NCBI GenBank assembly: GCA_017347445.1
Contig: AP021856.1
Coordinates: 750,613-814,612 of the forward strand
Length of the DNA stretch: 64,000 bases
Direction of reading: 5' to 3'
DNA from: Candidatus Brocadia pituitae
GTDB taxonomy: Bacteria > Planctomycetota > Brocadiia > Brocadiales > Brocadiaceae
Both the position numbers and the translations under genes were made by a program. How positions within the stretch are numbered: the first letter of the stretch is position 1; each line of letters opens with the position of its first letter. Under the pieces are notes generated by a model, which was given only the letters and a program-made list of their open reading frames with translations, was not told where the DNA came from and searched no databases. Below, in pieces: positions 9,575-20,618 of this stretch.

Positions 9575-9951
9575 GCAGAAGATGTTGCGATTCAATAATC
9601 ACTACGAAACTGACGATATTTGTGTACAAGACTCTATATAAGTCTTTGAACTTTTGATAACTTCTTAGTATTCCCAATCCACCATCCTTGAAGTATTGAA
9701 GGAATTTTTTAGATCTCCTGATACAACAAAGTCTCTCATTCCTCATTTAGGCAATCCGTACTAACGTAAAAGTCGTTGAGCGTCTATTATGAACGGTATA
9801 CGCCCAATACAATTCGATTAATTATCAAGTTTTATTTCAAATTAACAATTTTTTTATTTATAATGCCTCTTTTATTTGTTCATTTTTCATTTGTTTTTAC
9901 TTTTGCCAAATTATGTATTTAGTTTGATTACCTTTAGAAAAAGGAGGTACC

Positions 9952-10554
9952 GTGCAGGTCAGAAAAGCTACAGCGATCAGGAGGCAGCAGATTGTAGATA
10001 TTATACGGAACATTATTTCTTCCAAGGGGATTGAATATGTTACCATAAGCGAAATAGCGGGAAAAATAGGAACTACCAAAGGCGCTATTTATCGGCATTT
10101 CAAGAGCAAAAGAGATATATTAAGCCTGCTTATAGATAACATTGAGGAAACTCTCATGGAAGCGCTGGATAGCGCAATGGTAGAAAAGGACCCAATACAG
10201 AATCTTAAGAATATTCTTTTTGCTCAACTTATTTTAGCAAAAAACCGACGTAAAACATCCTTTGTTGTTATCATGGGGGCTATACAGTTTAGTGATCCTT
10301 TTATCCGTAAAAAGATTTTAAAATTGATACAGAAGTATCTCCGGCGGATAGAAAAGTTGCTTCTGAGTGCAATAGGACTTGGATTACTAAAACGAGATAT
10401 TGACCCCAAGATATCTGCTATTGTATTTATGGGTCTCATTCAGTCTACCATAACGGTGTGGTCTTATAAAAATTTCAACTTTGCTCCTCAAAAAATCCAC
10501 GCCCATCTATGGAATGTTTATTGCGAGGGAATAGGAGTTTCGTCTGATGCGTGA
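9952..10554 (+). CDS. TetR/AcrR family transcriptional regulator
   Basis: HTH VTISEIAGKIGTTKGAIYRHFKSK; GTG start with AGGAGG RBS. Confidence 0.93.
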   Translation: MQVRKATAIRRQQIVDIIRNIISSKGIEYVTISEIAGKIGTTKGAIYRHFKSKRDILSLLIDNIEETLMEALDSAMVEKDPIQNLKNILFAQLILAKNRRKTSFVVIMGAIQFSDPFIRKKILKLIQKYLRRIEKLLLSAIGLGLLKRDIDPKISAIVFMGLIQSTITVWSYKNFNFAPQKIHAHLWNVYCEGIGVSSDA

Positions 10555-10558
10555 GGTC

Positions 10559-10921
10559 TTAAACGGACCATACCTCGAGGCGGTTTCCTTCCGGATCAAA
10601 TAAAAAAAAGGCGCGTCCTCCCCAGGGATGGTCCTTAATTTTGCCTACTTCAACCCCTTGTGTTTTCAAGGTCTGCCACGTCTCATCTGCTTTATCTACT
10701 TGAAAGGCTAGAGTTAAACCCTGCCCCCCGGAGCTCTTGATTGTTGCACGTTGTTCATGGGCAATACTTATCCGTACATGATCGGTTACTTTAAACTCTA
10801 CAAACCAGTCGTTTTCAAACGTAACCGGAAAACCTAACCTATGCCGATAAAAAGAGACCATTTCTTTCCAGCGTTGACAATAGAGTATGGTGTTAACAAC
10901 GAGTGTTACATCTTTCATCAT
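10559..10921 (-). CDS. VOC/glyoxalase family protein
   Basis: FYRHRLGF...LAFQVD...DHPWGGRAFFLFDPEGNRLEV. Confidence 0.92.
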   Translation of the reverse strand: MMKDVTLVVNTILYCQRWKEMVSFYRHRLGFPVTFENDWFVEFKVTDHVRISIAHEQRATIKSSGGQGLTLAFQVDKADETWQTLKTQGVEVGKIKDHPWGGRAFFLFDPEGNRLEVWSV

Positions 10922-10971
10922 TCACCGAGAAACTGTTTCATACGTATATTTAATACGAAAAATCACGCTGA

Positions 10972-13395
10972 TCATTTTGCTTTTACGAACGGTGAGGAAA
11001 GATTACTGTTGAGTTTTGATACAAAGGCATCATACGAAATGGAAAGCCTGGCATCGCTATTATATGAAGTATCATAAGCGTTCGGCGTTACAGGGAAGTT
11101 TGAAGACCGGGTCTCACCGACTGTATAAATATCTCCCTTCCGGTCTATAACAAAAGAGCGGGCAATGTCCCGGTAATTTCCGCCTAAAAAGGTAGAAGCA
11201 AGTAGCCTCGTTAACCTCTCATCTAGCTTTGTGAGAAAGGCATCAAAAAGGACACCTTTCGAGGTAGTATAAGCACCCGCGGTTGTTGGGAAATCAGACG
11301 AGCCGGTGTAACCGCCCACATACACATTGCCATCCGGACCCAAGGCAATAGAATTAGCAACATCATCATCTGCACCTCCCAAAAAGGTAGACGCAAGAAG
11401 TCTTGTTAAATCACCATTAAATTTTGACACAAAGGCATCCCCATTATGAAAACCAGTGTCATACGCGGAATGGGTCGTGGGAAAGTCTAACGACTCAGTT
11501 TGGCCAACCACGTAAACATGGTTCTGTGCATCCAGGGCGATAGCGGTCGCAGAATCATCGGTAACACCCCCCAAATATGTCGACGCAAGAATGTGAGTTA
11601 AATCCCAATTTAATTTTGTAAGGAAGGCATCGCCAAATCCTCCGCCAAAGGAAATACTAAAGGCATTGAGGCTGACGGGAAAGTCAAACGACCAGGTATC
11701 GCCAGCTACGTATATATTCCTTTGCGAGTCCACAACAATGGCGTTTCCATAATCGTTTGAAGTTCCGCCCAAATAGGTAGAAGAAACGATGTGGCTTAAA
11801 TTCCAATCGAGCTTTGCGATGAAGGCATCTCCATCTTTGAAACCAGCATCATAAACGCCGGGAGTTGTCGGAAAGTTTGGCGATAGTGTTCTGCCTGTGA
11901 CGCATAGGATAATTCCGCTTGGACCGAAGGTAATAGCATTTGCTGAATCGTCTGAAGAACCTCCCAGAAACGTGGATGCCAAAAGATCTGTCAAATCTCC
12001 GTTGAATTTTGCTAAAAAAGCGTCGCTGTAACCATTTTTGGTTGTATCGTAGGCATCGTCGGTTGTTGGAAAGTTTGACGATGAAGTCTGACCGGCCAGA
12101 TAAACATTGTTTTTCCGATCAAGAACGATAGAACGCACGTAGTCCTCAGACGAACCGCCCAGAAAAGTAGATGCAAGCAGTTGCGTGAGATCCGTATTGA
12201 GTTTTGATACAAAGATATCATCGGTGTTATAGGAAACATCAAAGGCACCTGTAGTTGTTGGAAAGTTTGGTGATGTGGTATAACCAGCAACATAAATATT
12301 ATGATCCGCATCTATGGCTATGGAGTTGCCATAGTCAGATTCAACCCCGCCAATATAGGTAGAGGCAAGGAGGGGATCGATAACAAGCTCCTTTGTTTTG
12401 TCGTAGGCAACAACCCTAAAACCGTAAACATTTTCGGCCTCATGATTTGGGTTTCGGGATTTGCATTTCTGACAGGGTAGATTTGTTTCCGTAGCCAGGT
12501 CTCCGCCTCCTGACTGTTGAATTTTATAATCTACCTGCACGATTACTTTTGTGCCATCAATTTCCTGATAAGCCGTAGGTTTTGTAAATTTGATCGTCCC
12601 CAAATCTGTTGCAACCTCAAGCTGGCCTGCACTATCAATACTTATTGCATGAGCTCCGCTGAGTTTCATGGTTATTATTTCCGGGTCTGCGTGTGGCTTC
12701 AGATAAAATCGTTTTTCGATATTGTTGCTATAAGCCCTCAGTCTTATTTGTATTCCCTCGTATACTTCTCCAAGATTTATCACCTTATAGGCAGGGACAT
12801 TCCTCCTCCATTGGGCAGGATCATTTCCTCTAAAATAGCTGACCTGAGTTAATACCTCTTCCTCACCCTGTACGGTATTAATGTTCCCGCCAGCAAATAC
12901 CTCTTTTAGGGCGAGCCCTCTTGACTGAGATTCCGGATGGTTGATGGTGGGTGGTGGGATGGTGCACTTACTATAAGGAGCAACAATTTTGAATATTGTA
13001 TCGTGGAATGAAACCAGGAATGTATCAGGAATTTTGGCTCTTAAGAGCATAACGTCATCAAGTAGTCGCTGCCCAAATGCCGTTTCCCGGGTTCCTGACT
13101 CCTTGCCCAGGACTCGTAGTTCTTTCTTCTTGTTCTTTGGTAGCAGGGAATAGACAATTTCTCCTTCTTTTGTGATGAATACCTTGCCCACAAAGGTATC
13201 GGCATGATACTTCACTTTCTCATGGGTTTGTCCTGCATTGGAGATAAAAGGCAGGTGCAACTGTTCTGCCTTTTGGATGAAGTCTTTATGAAACGGCTTG
13301 TTCTCACTGGCCTGAACGACTAAGAGTGGCAGACCTCCAAAAGCAAGATACAAGATAAGTTTAGAAATAAAAAGGACAGAGATTTTTATTGACAT
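10972..13395 (-). CDS. Secreted SBBP beta-propeller repeat protein
   Basis: Signal-like N-terminus from ATG 13395. N-terminal domain VSYFRGNDPAQW...YEGI, then about 7 repeats of LLASTxLGGxxxDxxxSIAxD...YVAGxTxSxNFPTT..AYD...DAFxxK. Confidence 0.88.
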   Translation of the reverse strand: MSIKISVLFISKLILYLAFGGLPLLVVQASENKPFHKDFIQKAEQLHLPFISNAGQTHEKVKYHADTFVGKVFITKEGEIVYSLLPKNKKKELRVLGKESGTRETAFGQRLLDDVMLLRAKIPDTFLVSFHDTIFKIVAPYSKCTIPPPTINHPESQSRGLALKEVFAGGNINTVQGEEEVLTQVSYFRGNDPAQWRRNVPAYKVINLGEVYEGIQIRLRAYSNNIEKRFYLKPHADPEIITMKLSGAHAISIDSAGQLEVATDLGTIKFTKPTAYQEIDGTKVIVQVDYKIQQSGGGDLATETNLPCQKCKSRNPNHEAENVYGFRVVAYDKTKELVIDPLLASTYIGGVESDYGNSIAIDADHNIYVAGYTTSPNFPTTTGAFDVSYNTDDIFVSKLNTDLTQLLASTFLGGSSEDYVRSIVLDRKNNVYLAGQTSSSNFPTTDDAYDTTKNGYSDAFLAKFNGDLTDLLASTFLGGSSDDSANAITFGPSGIILCVTGRTLSPNFPTTPGVYDAGFKDGDAFIAKLDWNLSHIVSSTYLGGTSNDYGNAIVVDSQRNIYVAGDTWSFDFPVSLNAFSISFGGGFGDAFLTKLNWDLTHILASTYLGGVTDDSATAIALDAQNHVYVVGQTESLDFPTTHSAYDTGFHNGDAFVSKFNGDLTRLLASTFLGGADDDVANSIALGPDGNVYVGGYTGSSDFPTTAGAYTTSKGVLFDAFLTKLDERLTRLLASTFLGGNYRDIARSFVIDRKGDIYTVGETRSSNFPVTPNAYDTSYNSDARLSISYDAFVSKLNSNLSSPFVKAK

Positions 13396-14094
13396 ATTAA
13401 TGCCTGAGAAGAAAATGAAGTTTACAAAAATAGTCACGATATAATAATGCAGTTTTGTAAATGATGCAATGAAATTGTAAAACTTTTCGGTAAAGAGATA
13501 GAGAATGTATCGCAACCATATTGACTACTCCAGCTTCGCAAGGAGGAACATTCGTCGTGAGCTTATTTGGGAAACAAAATATATATTCAAGATGAATTAT
13601 ACGATGGTAACAGGGTGGCATGGAAAAATTCGTGTGACCGTGTTGGGCTTGCACGACATTGTTTACGAAATCTTCATTCTAACATTGTGGATGGTCAATA
13701 CAAGGCAGACCACGCAGACACAAAATATGACGCAGTATTGCAAAAACACGGCATGCATTGCTTGGCCGTGCCACCCCATTAGTTTATAGCGAGCCTGCAT
13801 CAAGTTTATCAATCACAAATGGTGAGTTTCTTGAGTATGACTTTAGAAAAACGAAGGTTTTAAATAGTAGTCATGATGCATCGGACTGTTTCATGAGCAT
13901 TGCATATTTCATCTAAAATGATAAAATAAGAACTTATGCATAACAGTATGCTGTTGATTTAAGGTGGGTTTCGTGATTCGCATTGTTCCTCACATGGAAA
14001 GTCTGGATGTGTGGACGGTAAAGCTTTTACATCGAATGATATGAGGTAGAGAAGAAGGGTTGGGGTACATCGTAAATTAGGAGGAGAATGTATT

Positions 14095-17000
14095 ATGGTT
14101 TGGAAGTGTGTCGTGCGTAAAAGGGAAAATAGGATTGTCCTTGTTTCTTTTTCTCAAATGAGATTCTTTCTCTCTTTGAGTGTCTGCTTGTTATGGTTAT
14201 GTACGTGTGTGAATGCACAAGCACAAAGTGCTGAAAAAATGGATGTCGAAATAAAGCTTTCGGAAAAGGGCGTAATTGTAAGAGGTGAAGATTTTCAGAA
14301 GGCAAAAATAAGAGATGAAGAGATCAAGGCTGCAGCCTCAAAGTCGATAGAAGAGATAAATTCTTCTATTGCCAATGTAGAGCGTGACGTAAAAACAATG
14401 AGTATCCATCTTGAAAATCTCAAGCAGGAAAGAATGGATTGCTCGGGCAAGGACGTCAGTCAGAAATTTTTAGAATTACTGGAGAAGGAAATTGCCATTG
14501 TTCAGGAAAAGATTGATATCGACCATGAGCAGATAGAGACCTATAAAGACCGGATCGAGGTGCTTCGTGATCAATCAAAAGCTCATGACGAGATCGTGGT
14601 ATTGTTAAAGTCGATCCTTGGGCTGGAAGAGATCCTTTTGACTTCCCATGAACATGCTCCGATTGTGAAAAAAGAGGCAGAAATTGCAAAAAATTATATC
14701 ACCGCAGTGCAAGCCAGTATTAAAGAAAAGGAATCAGTCATCGTCTTTTTTACCAATAGATTGGAAGAGATTAAATTAAAGGTATCCGAAGACGAAAGAA
14801 AACTTGCAACGTATTTAGGATCTCTGAAAATGGAAATAGCGGATACCGGGCATGTTACTCCTTTACAGGAAAAGATTGAGAGTATTTTATTGTGGAAAAA
14901 AGCCATTGGCGCTCAGTGGATTACCATATTTGAAACACGGCTGGGTACGTCTAAGATCCGGTACGATAAGACGCTGATGGAATTAAAGAATGCAGAATTC
15001 AATGCGGCGTTTTTAGCTGAAAAGGCAAAGCGTTTGGAAGAAAAGGTGAAAACGGAAGAATTAGTAAAAAAACAGGAAGAATTGGATGCGGCGAAAAAGG
15101 CCGAGGAGGAAAGCCGGAAAATTGCTGAAAGAACGAAGGCTGAAGTTGAAAAGACCTTGCAGGAAGCGGCAAGGAAAAGTGAAGAAATTGCCCTGGAACA
15201 AATGACAACAACTTCCCCGGAAAAGAAGCGTATATTAGAGTTAGAGGCTGATATCCACAAACAAGCCGGGCTTGTTGCCAAAAGAAAAGAAGAACTTATT
15301 ACCGAGGGTGCGCAGATATACAAAGACTTTACCGAATACAAAAAGTTAGAGGCGGATATCGGCCTTTTATTGAACAGGGGAGGAACAACAAAAGAGATCG
15401 ACGAATCACTCATAAAAATAGAGACGGACATGAAGCGGTTCTCTGAGTCAATTTCAGCAGTGGAAAGCCTTCTCCCCCTGATAAAGGAAGAGAAAAAACT
15501 CATTTCCGAAAATATTGTTAAATCTAAAGAGGAGATAGCAAAAATCAAAAATGAAGCGACCTCTTTCACGGACAAAGAATTGGCGCGTCAGGCAATAGAG
15601 CATGCAAACCATATCATGAAAACGCTGGAAGAACAGGCTGAACTTCTATCTACGAGACTGGACAGATTACAGGAACGACGGAAAATCAAAAAAAATACAC
15701 TCCTCCTGCTGGAAGAGACCAAAGAAAAATTGATTACCCTGAAAGCAGCCAATGTTTGGATGAGAGTAGAAAGCACGATTTCCTTCCAGACAATCCAATC
15801 GGTGTTTAGTGATTTCGTGGATTGCTATAACCGGCTTGATTCGCTCTATCAAATAATTCCTGCACAGACAAAGAATTTCCTATCGTATATCTCCACTAAA
15901 AGGCTTTCATTTGCTTTCTGGATAAGATTCTGTGGATTAACAGGACTCATTGCCGTGTGGTATTTTTCAAAAAAATACCTTCGCCGGTGGAGCACGTTCA
16001 AAACACAGGCATGGTATGAAGCGTCAGACATATCTTACTATAAATCAAGGCTTTTTCCCAGCCTTTTCATTGTGCTCCAGAAGAGTATAAATGCCATATG
16101 GCTGGCTATCCTTTCCGTATCTATACCCGGTATTCTGGGTATAAAAGCCCCCGTAATAACAGGGACAATATATGTATTAACCTTTCTTGCGGTATATAAA
16201 ATCCTAAGACACCTCCTTTTTGAGTCTTTTAGCCCTGAAAAAGGGGATAGAAAGTTAGTCACCCCTTTGGCATATATTTCTCGTACACATCTTTATAAAT
16301 CATTAAATGTCATTGTATTGTTTTCCTTTGTTTCTTTGTCACTCATAGCCGTTCTCACTACGTTTGGATACAGAAATGATGTAGTCGAATTGTTCTGGTA
16401 TGTATACCGGATGGGGATTTTAATTCTTTTGCTATGGCTCGCAACACAGAAAACACTGATATTCAAATTGCTGCCGAGCGCCGAAACTCAATTTGGCAAA
16501 TTTATTCACCGCATAATAACGGTAATCTATCCCGTTTTTATTACCTTTGTTGTATTGTTATTTGCGATAAGGACTCTCGGATATCCGGTACTTTCCTATG
16601 TGTTATTAAGGACATGCATAAAGAGTTTTATCATCGTGTTTATCGCTTTCTGGGTATGGAAATATTTGTATCATCGTTTGGTTTACATAAGAGAAAAGCG
16701 TCTTAAGAGAGACAACCTCAAAAAAGACAGTCCTGAGGAAAAAAGATTTGGTGCGGTTACGGTGATCTATCATATTTCACTGAACTACCTCGTTTCACTT
16801 ATCGCAGCAATAATTGTTATCCGCCTATGGATCACGACCTTTCGTGATGCGGTAGGTTCCCCGGCGGCTCCTTATCTGGTCCAGAAGATATTTGGGCAGA
16901 TAGGGATAATTTTCGGGGCTATTGGCAGTGGACTACGGTATCGTTTCTTCCTGGAAGAAGGAAGATATACAACACCGATAAAGATTATCATAGCGTTATT

Positions 17001-17808
17001 TGTACTGTTTATATCCTTTTTTGCCGCACGGCATATAAAAAAACTGTTTGAGGAAAAGGTATTTTATAAGCTTCGTCTGGAACGCGGACTGAAGCAAACA
17101 CTCTCTACCCTGACACGCTATGTCATCATTGGTATCGCAGCACTGATCGGCCTCAGTATAGCCGGAATTCCCTTAAGAAGTCTGGCTTTTTTTGCAGGCG
17201 CTTTTGGTATTGGTATCGGGTTTGGCATGCAGAACATCATCAGCAACTTCGTTAGTGGTATCATCCTGCTCTTTGAGCGTCCCATGCGCGTTGGAGACGT
17301 TATCACCCTGGATGATGGTACCGTGGGTACCATCGACAAGATCAGCGCAAGGAGCACGACGCTTATTACCCCTGATGAGGTCACCATAACGGTACCCAAC
17401 TCAAAGTTTGTCGAGAGCAGAATAAACAACTTAACACATCCATCATCTCGTCTGAGAGGTTCAGTAAAGGTGGGAGTCGCATATGGCTCCGATGCCGCAT
17501 TGGTCAAAAAGTGTTTACTGGAAATTACCCGGCAAAATCCGAATGTAAGGACCTATCCGGAGCCATTCGTGCGGTTCTCCGAATTTGGTGATAGTGCGCT
17601 GAAATTCGAATTATATTTCTGGGCAGATGATCCGGGGAAACGTTGGTTTACTATGAGTGAACTCAATTTTGCTATTGATGAGATATTCAAAAAGAATCAT
17701 ATCAAATTTGCCTTTCCTCTGCGTGACGTTCATATCCGTTCTATCACACCTTATAAGAGTGAAATGATACAGGAGCATCTGCATGTAAAAGAAGATGAGA
17801 ATGGGTAA
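14095..17808 (+). CDS. Large MscS-family mechanosensitive channel (MscK-like) with long coiled-coil periplasmic region
   Basis: C-terminal MscS core (GIGIGFGMQNIISNFVSGIILLFERPMRVGD...VPNSKF); about 530 aa of helical coiled coil; multiple TMs. Confidence 0.92.
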   Translation: MVWKCVVRKRENRIVLVSFSQMRFFLSLSVCLLWLCTCVNAQAQSAEKMDVEIKLSEKGVIVRGEDFQKAKIRDEEIKAAASKSIEEINSSIANVERDVKTMSIHLENLKQERMDCSGKDVSQKFLELLEKEIAIVQEKIDIDHEQIETYKDRIEVLRDQSKAHDEIVVLLKSILGLEEILLTSHEHAPIVKKEAEIAKNYITAVQASIKEKESVIVFFTNRLEEIKLKVSEDERKLATYLGSLKMEIADTGHVTPLQEKIESILLWKKAIGAQWITIFETRLGTSKIRYDKTLMELKNAEFNAAFLAEKAKRLEEKVKTEELVKKQEELDAAKKAEEESRKIAERTKAEVEKTLQEAARKSEEIALEQMTTTSPEKKRILELEADIHKQAGLVAKRKEELITEGAQIYKDFTEYKKLEADIGLLLNRGGTTKEIDESLIKIETDMKRFSESISAVESLLPLIKEEKKLISENIVKSKEEIAKIKNEATSFTDKELARQAIEHANHIMKTLEEQAELLSTRLDRLQERRKIKKNTLLLLEETKEKLITLKAANVWMRVESTISFQTIQSVFSDFVDCYNRLDSLYQIIPAQTKNFLSYISTKRLSFAFWIRFCGLTGLIAVWYFSKKYLRRWSTFKTQAWYEASDISYYKSRLFPSLFIVLQKSINAIWLAILSVSIPGILGIKAPVITGTIYVLTFLAVYKILRHLLFESFSPEKGDRKLVTPLAYISRTHLYKSLNVIVLFSFVSLSLIAVLTTFGYRNDVVELFWYVYRMGILILLLWLATQKTLIFKLLPSAETQFGKFIHRIITVIYPVFITFVVLLFAIRTLGYPVLSYVLLRTCIKSFIIVFIAFWVWKYLYHRLVYIREKRLKRDNLKKDSPEEKRFGAVTVIYHISLNYLVSLIAAIIVIRLWITTFRDAVGSPAAPYLVQKIFGQIGIIFGAIGSGLRYRFFLEEGRYTTPIKIIIALFVLFISFFAARHIKKLFEEKVFYKLRLERGLKQTLSTLTRYVIIGIAALIGLSIAGIPLRSLAFFAGAFGIGIGFGMQNIISNFVSGIILLFERPMRVGDVITLDDGTVGTIDKISARSTTLITPDEVTITVPNSKFVESRINNLTHPSSRLRGSVKVGVAYGSDAALVKKCLLEITRQNPNVRTYPEPFVRFSEFGDSALKFELYFWADDPGKRWFTMSELNFAIDEIFKKNHIKFAFPLRDVHIRSITPYKSEMIQEHLHVKEDENG

Positions 17809-18056
17809 TACCTCTTATTCCGTGTGGTCGCGGAATATGATGGAAATGGTAGTTTAAGAAGGTGTATCCATTGGATAAAACCCAAAGATCATAGCCAAGA
17901 CTCTTTGTATGATTTGCTGAAATCAGGGTGGAGGCTCTTTTCCTATGCCTTTTCATGGGAATCCAATTGACATTTTTCATATCGGTGTGGTATAAACTTT
18001 CTTTCTTGTACGGTGGTTTAATATTAGGGTAATGTGCCAGGGGAAAAAAGGAGCTA

Positions 18057-19286
18057 TTGATGAAAAAACAATTGTGTTATAGGAAAAGCAGAAACCGGTA
18101 TCCTTTCCGCTTGGTACGATTGGGAATTGAAAGGTCAAAAATGTTTAACAGTAAAAGAAGTTTTTGCATGGTATCTCTGACAGCTTTTTTCATGACATGG
18201 ATATTTCTTATCGGAATGTCATATTCAGATGAGATAAAAACGATTGACGGTGTAGTTATGGAAGGAGAGATAATCAAAGTTACTGCAAATTCAATTTCTC
18301 TCCGGAAAAGTGATGGCATTGTAAGTGATCTTCAACTGGAGGCGGTAAGCCTTATTTCGAGGGGAAGTGAGATCTGTATTATACAACGAGAAGGGAAAAA
18401 GTTTTCTGTCCTGAGAATGCCGAAGCCAGAGCATTTTTCGATGAAAGATATCGTTTCAACAACGACAGAGGCATTAACCTTGCAAGATCTTAGCACGGAA
18501 ACGGCAAATGTTGCTGCACAGGTAAGCGCACCAGAAGCAAAAAGTGATGCAGGGCAACCGCCGGCTCCCAGTGGCGAAAAAAAGGCTCAGATAGAGGCAA
18601 TAACAGTGACACCACCGTCAAAGACATGGAAAGGGAATGTTGATGTGGGTCTGAATACAAAAGACGGAAATACGGAATCAACGAATACTTATATAAAGGG
18701 AGGCTATGTTAACGAAAGACAACGTGATAATATTTCCTTTAACGCAATTGCTTTATATGAAACCGTGACCAATAAAGATACAGATGTAGACGAGGAAACA
18801 GTCAATGAGCAAAGGGCTACCGGGAAATATGAATACAAACATACACCCAGATTCTACTCATTTTTCAACCAGTACTTTGAACATGATGAGCTCGAAAGCC
18901 TCAATTATCGGTCTATCTCATCACCAGGCGCTGGTTACAAGTTTATTGATATGGAGCGGTTGAAATACAAGGCAGAGGCAGGACCTGCGTACACATATGA
19001 AAGGTTTCATGGTGGAATTATCGATGATTATCTCGGTTTAAGGGTGGGTCAATATTTGGACTGGATCTTCTGGCGCGATACAAAATTTTATGCAAAATCA
19101 GAATATGTTCAGAGTGTTGAAGATACCAATGACTGGGTCATGTATTCTGGCTTGGGTGTACGGCATAACCTGACAAAATCCATCGCCGTGAGCCTCGAAT
19201 TCCTTGACCAGTATGACAACACCCCTGCTGAGTCTAAAGAGAAAGAAGACAGGACACTTATTGGCAGTGTGGGGTATAATTTTTAA
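18057..19286 (+). CDS. DUF481/YdiY-like outer-membrane beta-barrel with N-terminal extension
   Basis: WKGNVDVGLNTKDGNT, amphipathic strands, C-terminal VGYNF beta-signal; true start probably downstream of 18057. Confidence 0.8.
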   Translation: MMKKQLCYRKSRNRYPFRLVRLGIERSKMFNSKRSFCMVSLTAFFMTWIFLIGMSYSDEIKTIDGVVMEGEIIKVTANSISLRKSDGIVSDLQLEAVSLISRGSEICIIQREGKKFSVLRMPKPEHFSMKDIVSTTTEALTLQDLSTETANVAAQVSAPEAKSDAGQPPAPSGEKKAQIEAITVTPPSKTWKGNVDVGLNTKDGNTESTNTYIKGGYVNERQRDNISFNAIALYETVTNKDTDVDEETVNEQRATGKYEYKHTPRFYSFFNQYFEHDELESLNYRSISSPGAGYKFIDMERLKYKAEAGPAYTYERFHGGIIDDYLGLRVGQYLDWIFWRDTKFYAKSEYVQSVEDTNDWVMYSGLGVRHNLTKSIAVSLEFLDQYDNTPAESKEKEDRTLIGSVGYNF

Positions 19287-19302
19287 AGATGGCTTTTCCT
19301 GT

Positions 19303-20034
19303 ATGGCAGATGGTTGGGAATTACAAAAATGTTGGCATTGTGGTGAAGCATATCATACTGATGCGTTTCATGAGAATAAAAGGGTGAAATGTTTTGGCTG
19401 CGGTATGGAGCTGATTCCTCTTGTTGCTGAAGAAACGGCCACAAAAGGCGCAAACGAGTTTTATGCCTTGTTGGGATATTTTGGAATCATTGCCCTTGTG
19501 GGAGCAGTGGGTGGAATCATGGTGGCACATGGCTGGAATTTCTGGGTCACCTTTGTCATGCTTGGAGGAATAATTTACTTAACGGCAAAGGTGTTTGTGG
19601 CGAAATACTCGATCGGCCGCATACATGAGCAGATAGTGGGTGAATTTACTCCTGAGTATCAGATTTCTGGTCAGGTTGCCGTTTTCGATCAGTTGGTCGC
19701 TGATGCGATGAATGAATTACCCGGAAGGTTAAAGAACCGCTTGTCCAACATGTCCGTTGTGATCGAAGACCAGCCAAGTAGTTCCGTGTTGGAAAAATTG
19801 GGACTCATGAAGAACAAAACCTTGCTTGGACTCTTTCAGGGCATCCCACTGAATAAAAAAAGTGTTTGGCAAGCCGCCTCAATGCCAGAAAGGATTACGA
19901 TTTTCCAAAAAAATATTGAAATCCTTTGCCATTCTGACGAGGAGATCAAACAAAAGATCAAAGAGGTGGTACGTCATGAGGTTGCACATTTTGTTGGTTT
20001 TACCGAAGGAGAAATTAGGGGATTAGGTTATTAA
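19303..20034 (+). CDS. Zn-ribbon + 2 TM + minimal zincin metallopeptidase fusion
   Basis: CWHC...CFGC, two TM helices, LLGLFQG...ITIFQKNI...VVRHEVAHFVG (HExxH); start set to ATG 19303. Confidence 0.8.
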   Translation: MADGWELQKCWHCGEAYHTDAFHENKRVKCFGCGMELIPLVAEETATKGANEFYALLGYFGIIALVGAVGGIMVAHGWNFWVTFVMLGGIIYLTAKVFVAKYSIGRIHEQIVGEFTPEYQISGQVAVFDQLVADAMNELPGRLKNRLSNMSVVIEDQPSSSVLEKLGLMKNKTLLGLFQGIPLNKKSVWQAASMPERITIFQKNIEILCHSDEEIKQKIKEVVRHEVAHFVGFTEGEIRGLGY

Positions 20035-20123
20035 ACTCATGGTTTCCGGGATCATGAATCTTTATCTTGCTAAATCTTCTCTTTTTAGTAAGTTCCATTT
20101 TATATTTCAAGGAGATGTCCCTT

Positions 20124-20618
20124 ATGGCAGAAACGCATTCATACGATATTGTATGTAAGATCGAAATGCATGAAGTGAATAACGCCGTTGACCAGGCTAA
20201 AAAACAACTTGCTGCACGGTACGATTTTAAAGGGAGCAAGGCATCTCTTACGATAAATAGTGACAACTCGATAGCATTAATTGCCGACGACGATTATAAG
20301 CTGGGGAGTCTTACAGAGATTTTAAAAGAAAAACTGGAAAAGCGGGGCATTCCTCTGAAGGCGCTTAATTTTGGGAAGACTGAGAATGCGCTTGGAGGCA
20401 CTGTTCGTCAGACCGTTACCTTGCAATCGGGTATCCCCATGGAAAAAGCCAGGGAGATCGTAAAATTTATAAAAGGATTAAAGCTAAAGGTGCAGTCACA
20501 AATACAGGAAGACAAGATTAGGGTGACAGGGCAGAAGATTGATGATTTGCAGTCAATTATCAAGGCAATTAAGGATCAGGATTATGACTTTGCCATGCAA
20601 TTTATCAATTATAAATAA
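20124..20618 (+). CDS. yajQ: YajQ family nucleotide (c-di-GMP)-binding protein
   Basis: SYDIVCKIEMHEVNNAVDQAKKQLAARYDFKGS...KVQSQIQEDKIRVTG...LQ...MQFINYK. Confidence 0.95.
   Translation: MAETHSYDIVCKIEMHEVNNAVDQAKKQLAARYDFKGSKASLTINSDNSIALIADDDYKLGSLTEILKEKLEKRGIPLKALNFGKTENALGGTVRQTVTLQSGIPMEKAREIVKFIKGLKLKVQSQIQEDKIRVTGQKIDDLQSIIKAIKDQDYDFAMQFINYK

Noticed and set aside
13505-13789. Overlapping 71-aa and 94-aa ORFs in the SBBP-mscS intergenic region
   Set aside because: No RBS or motif support; cannot choose a frame.
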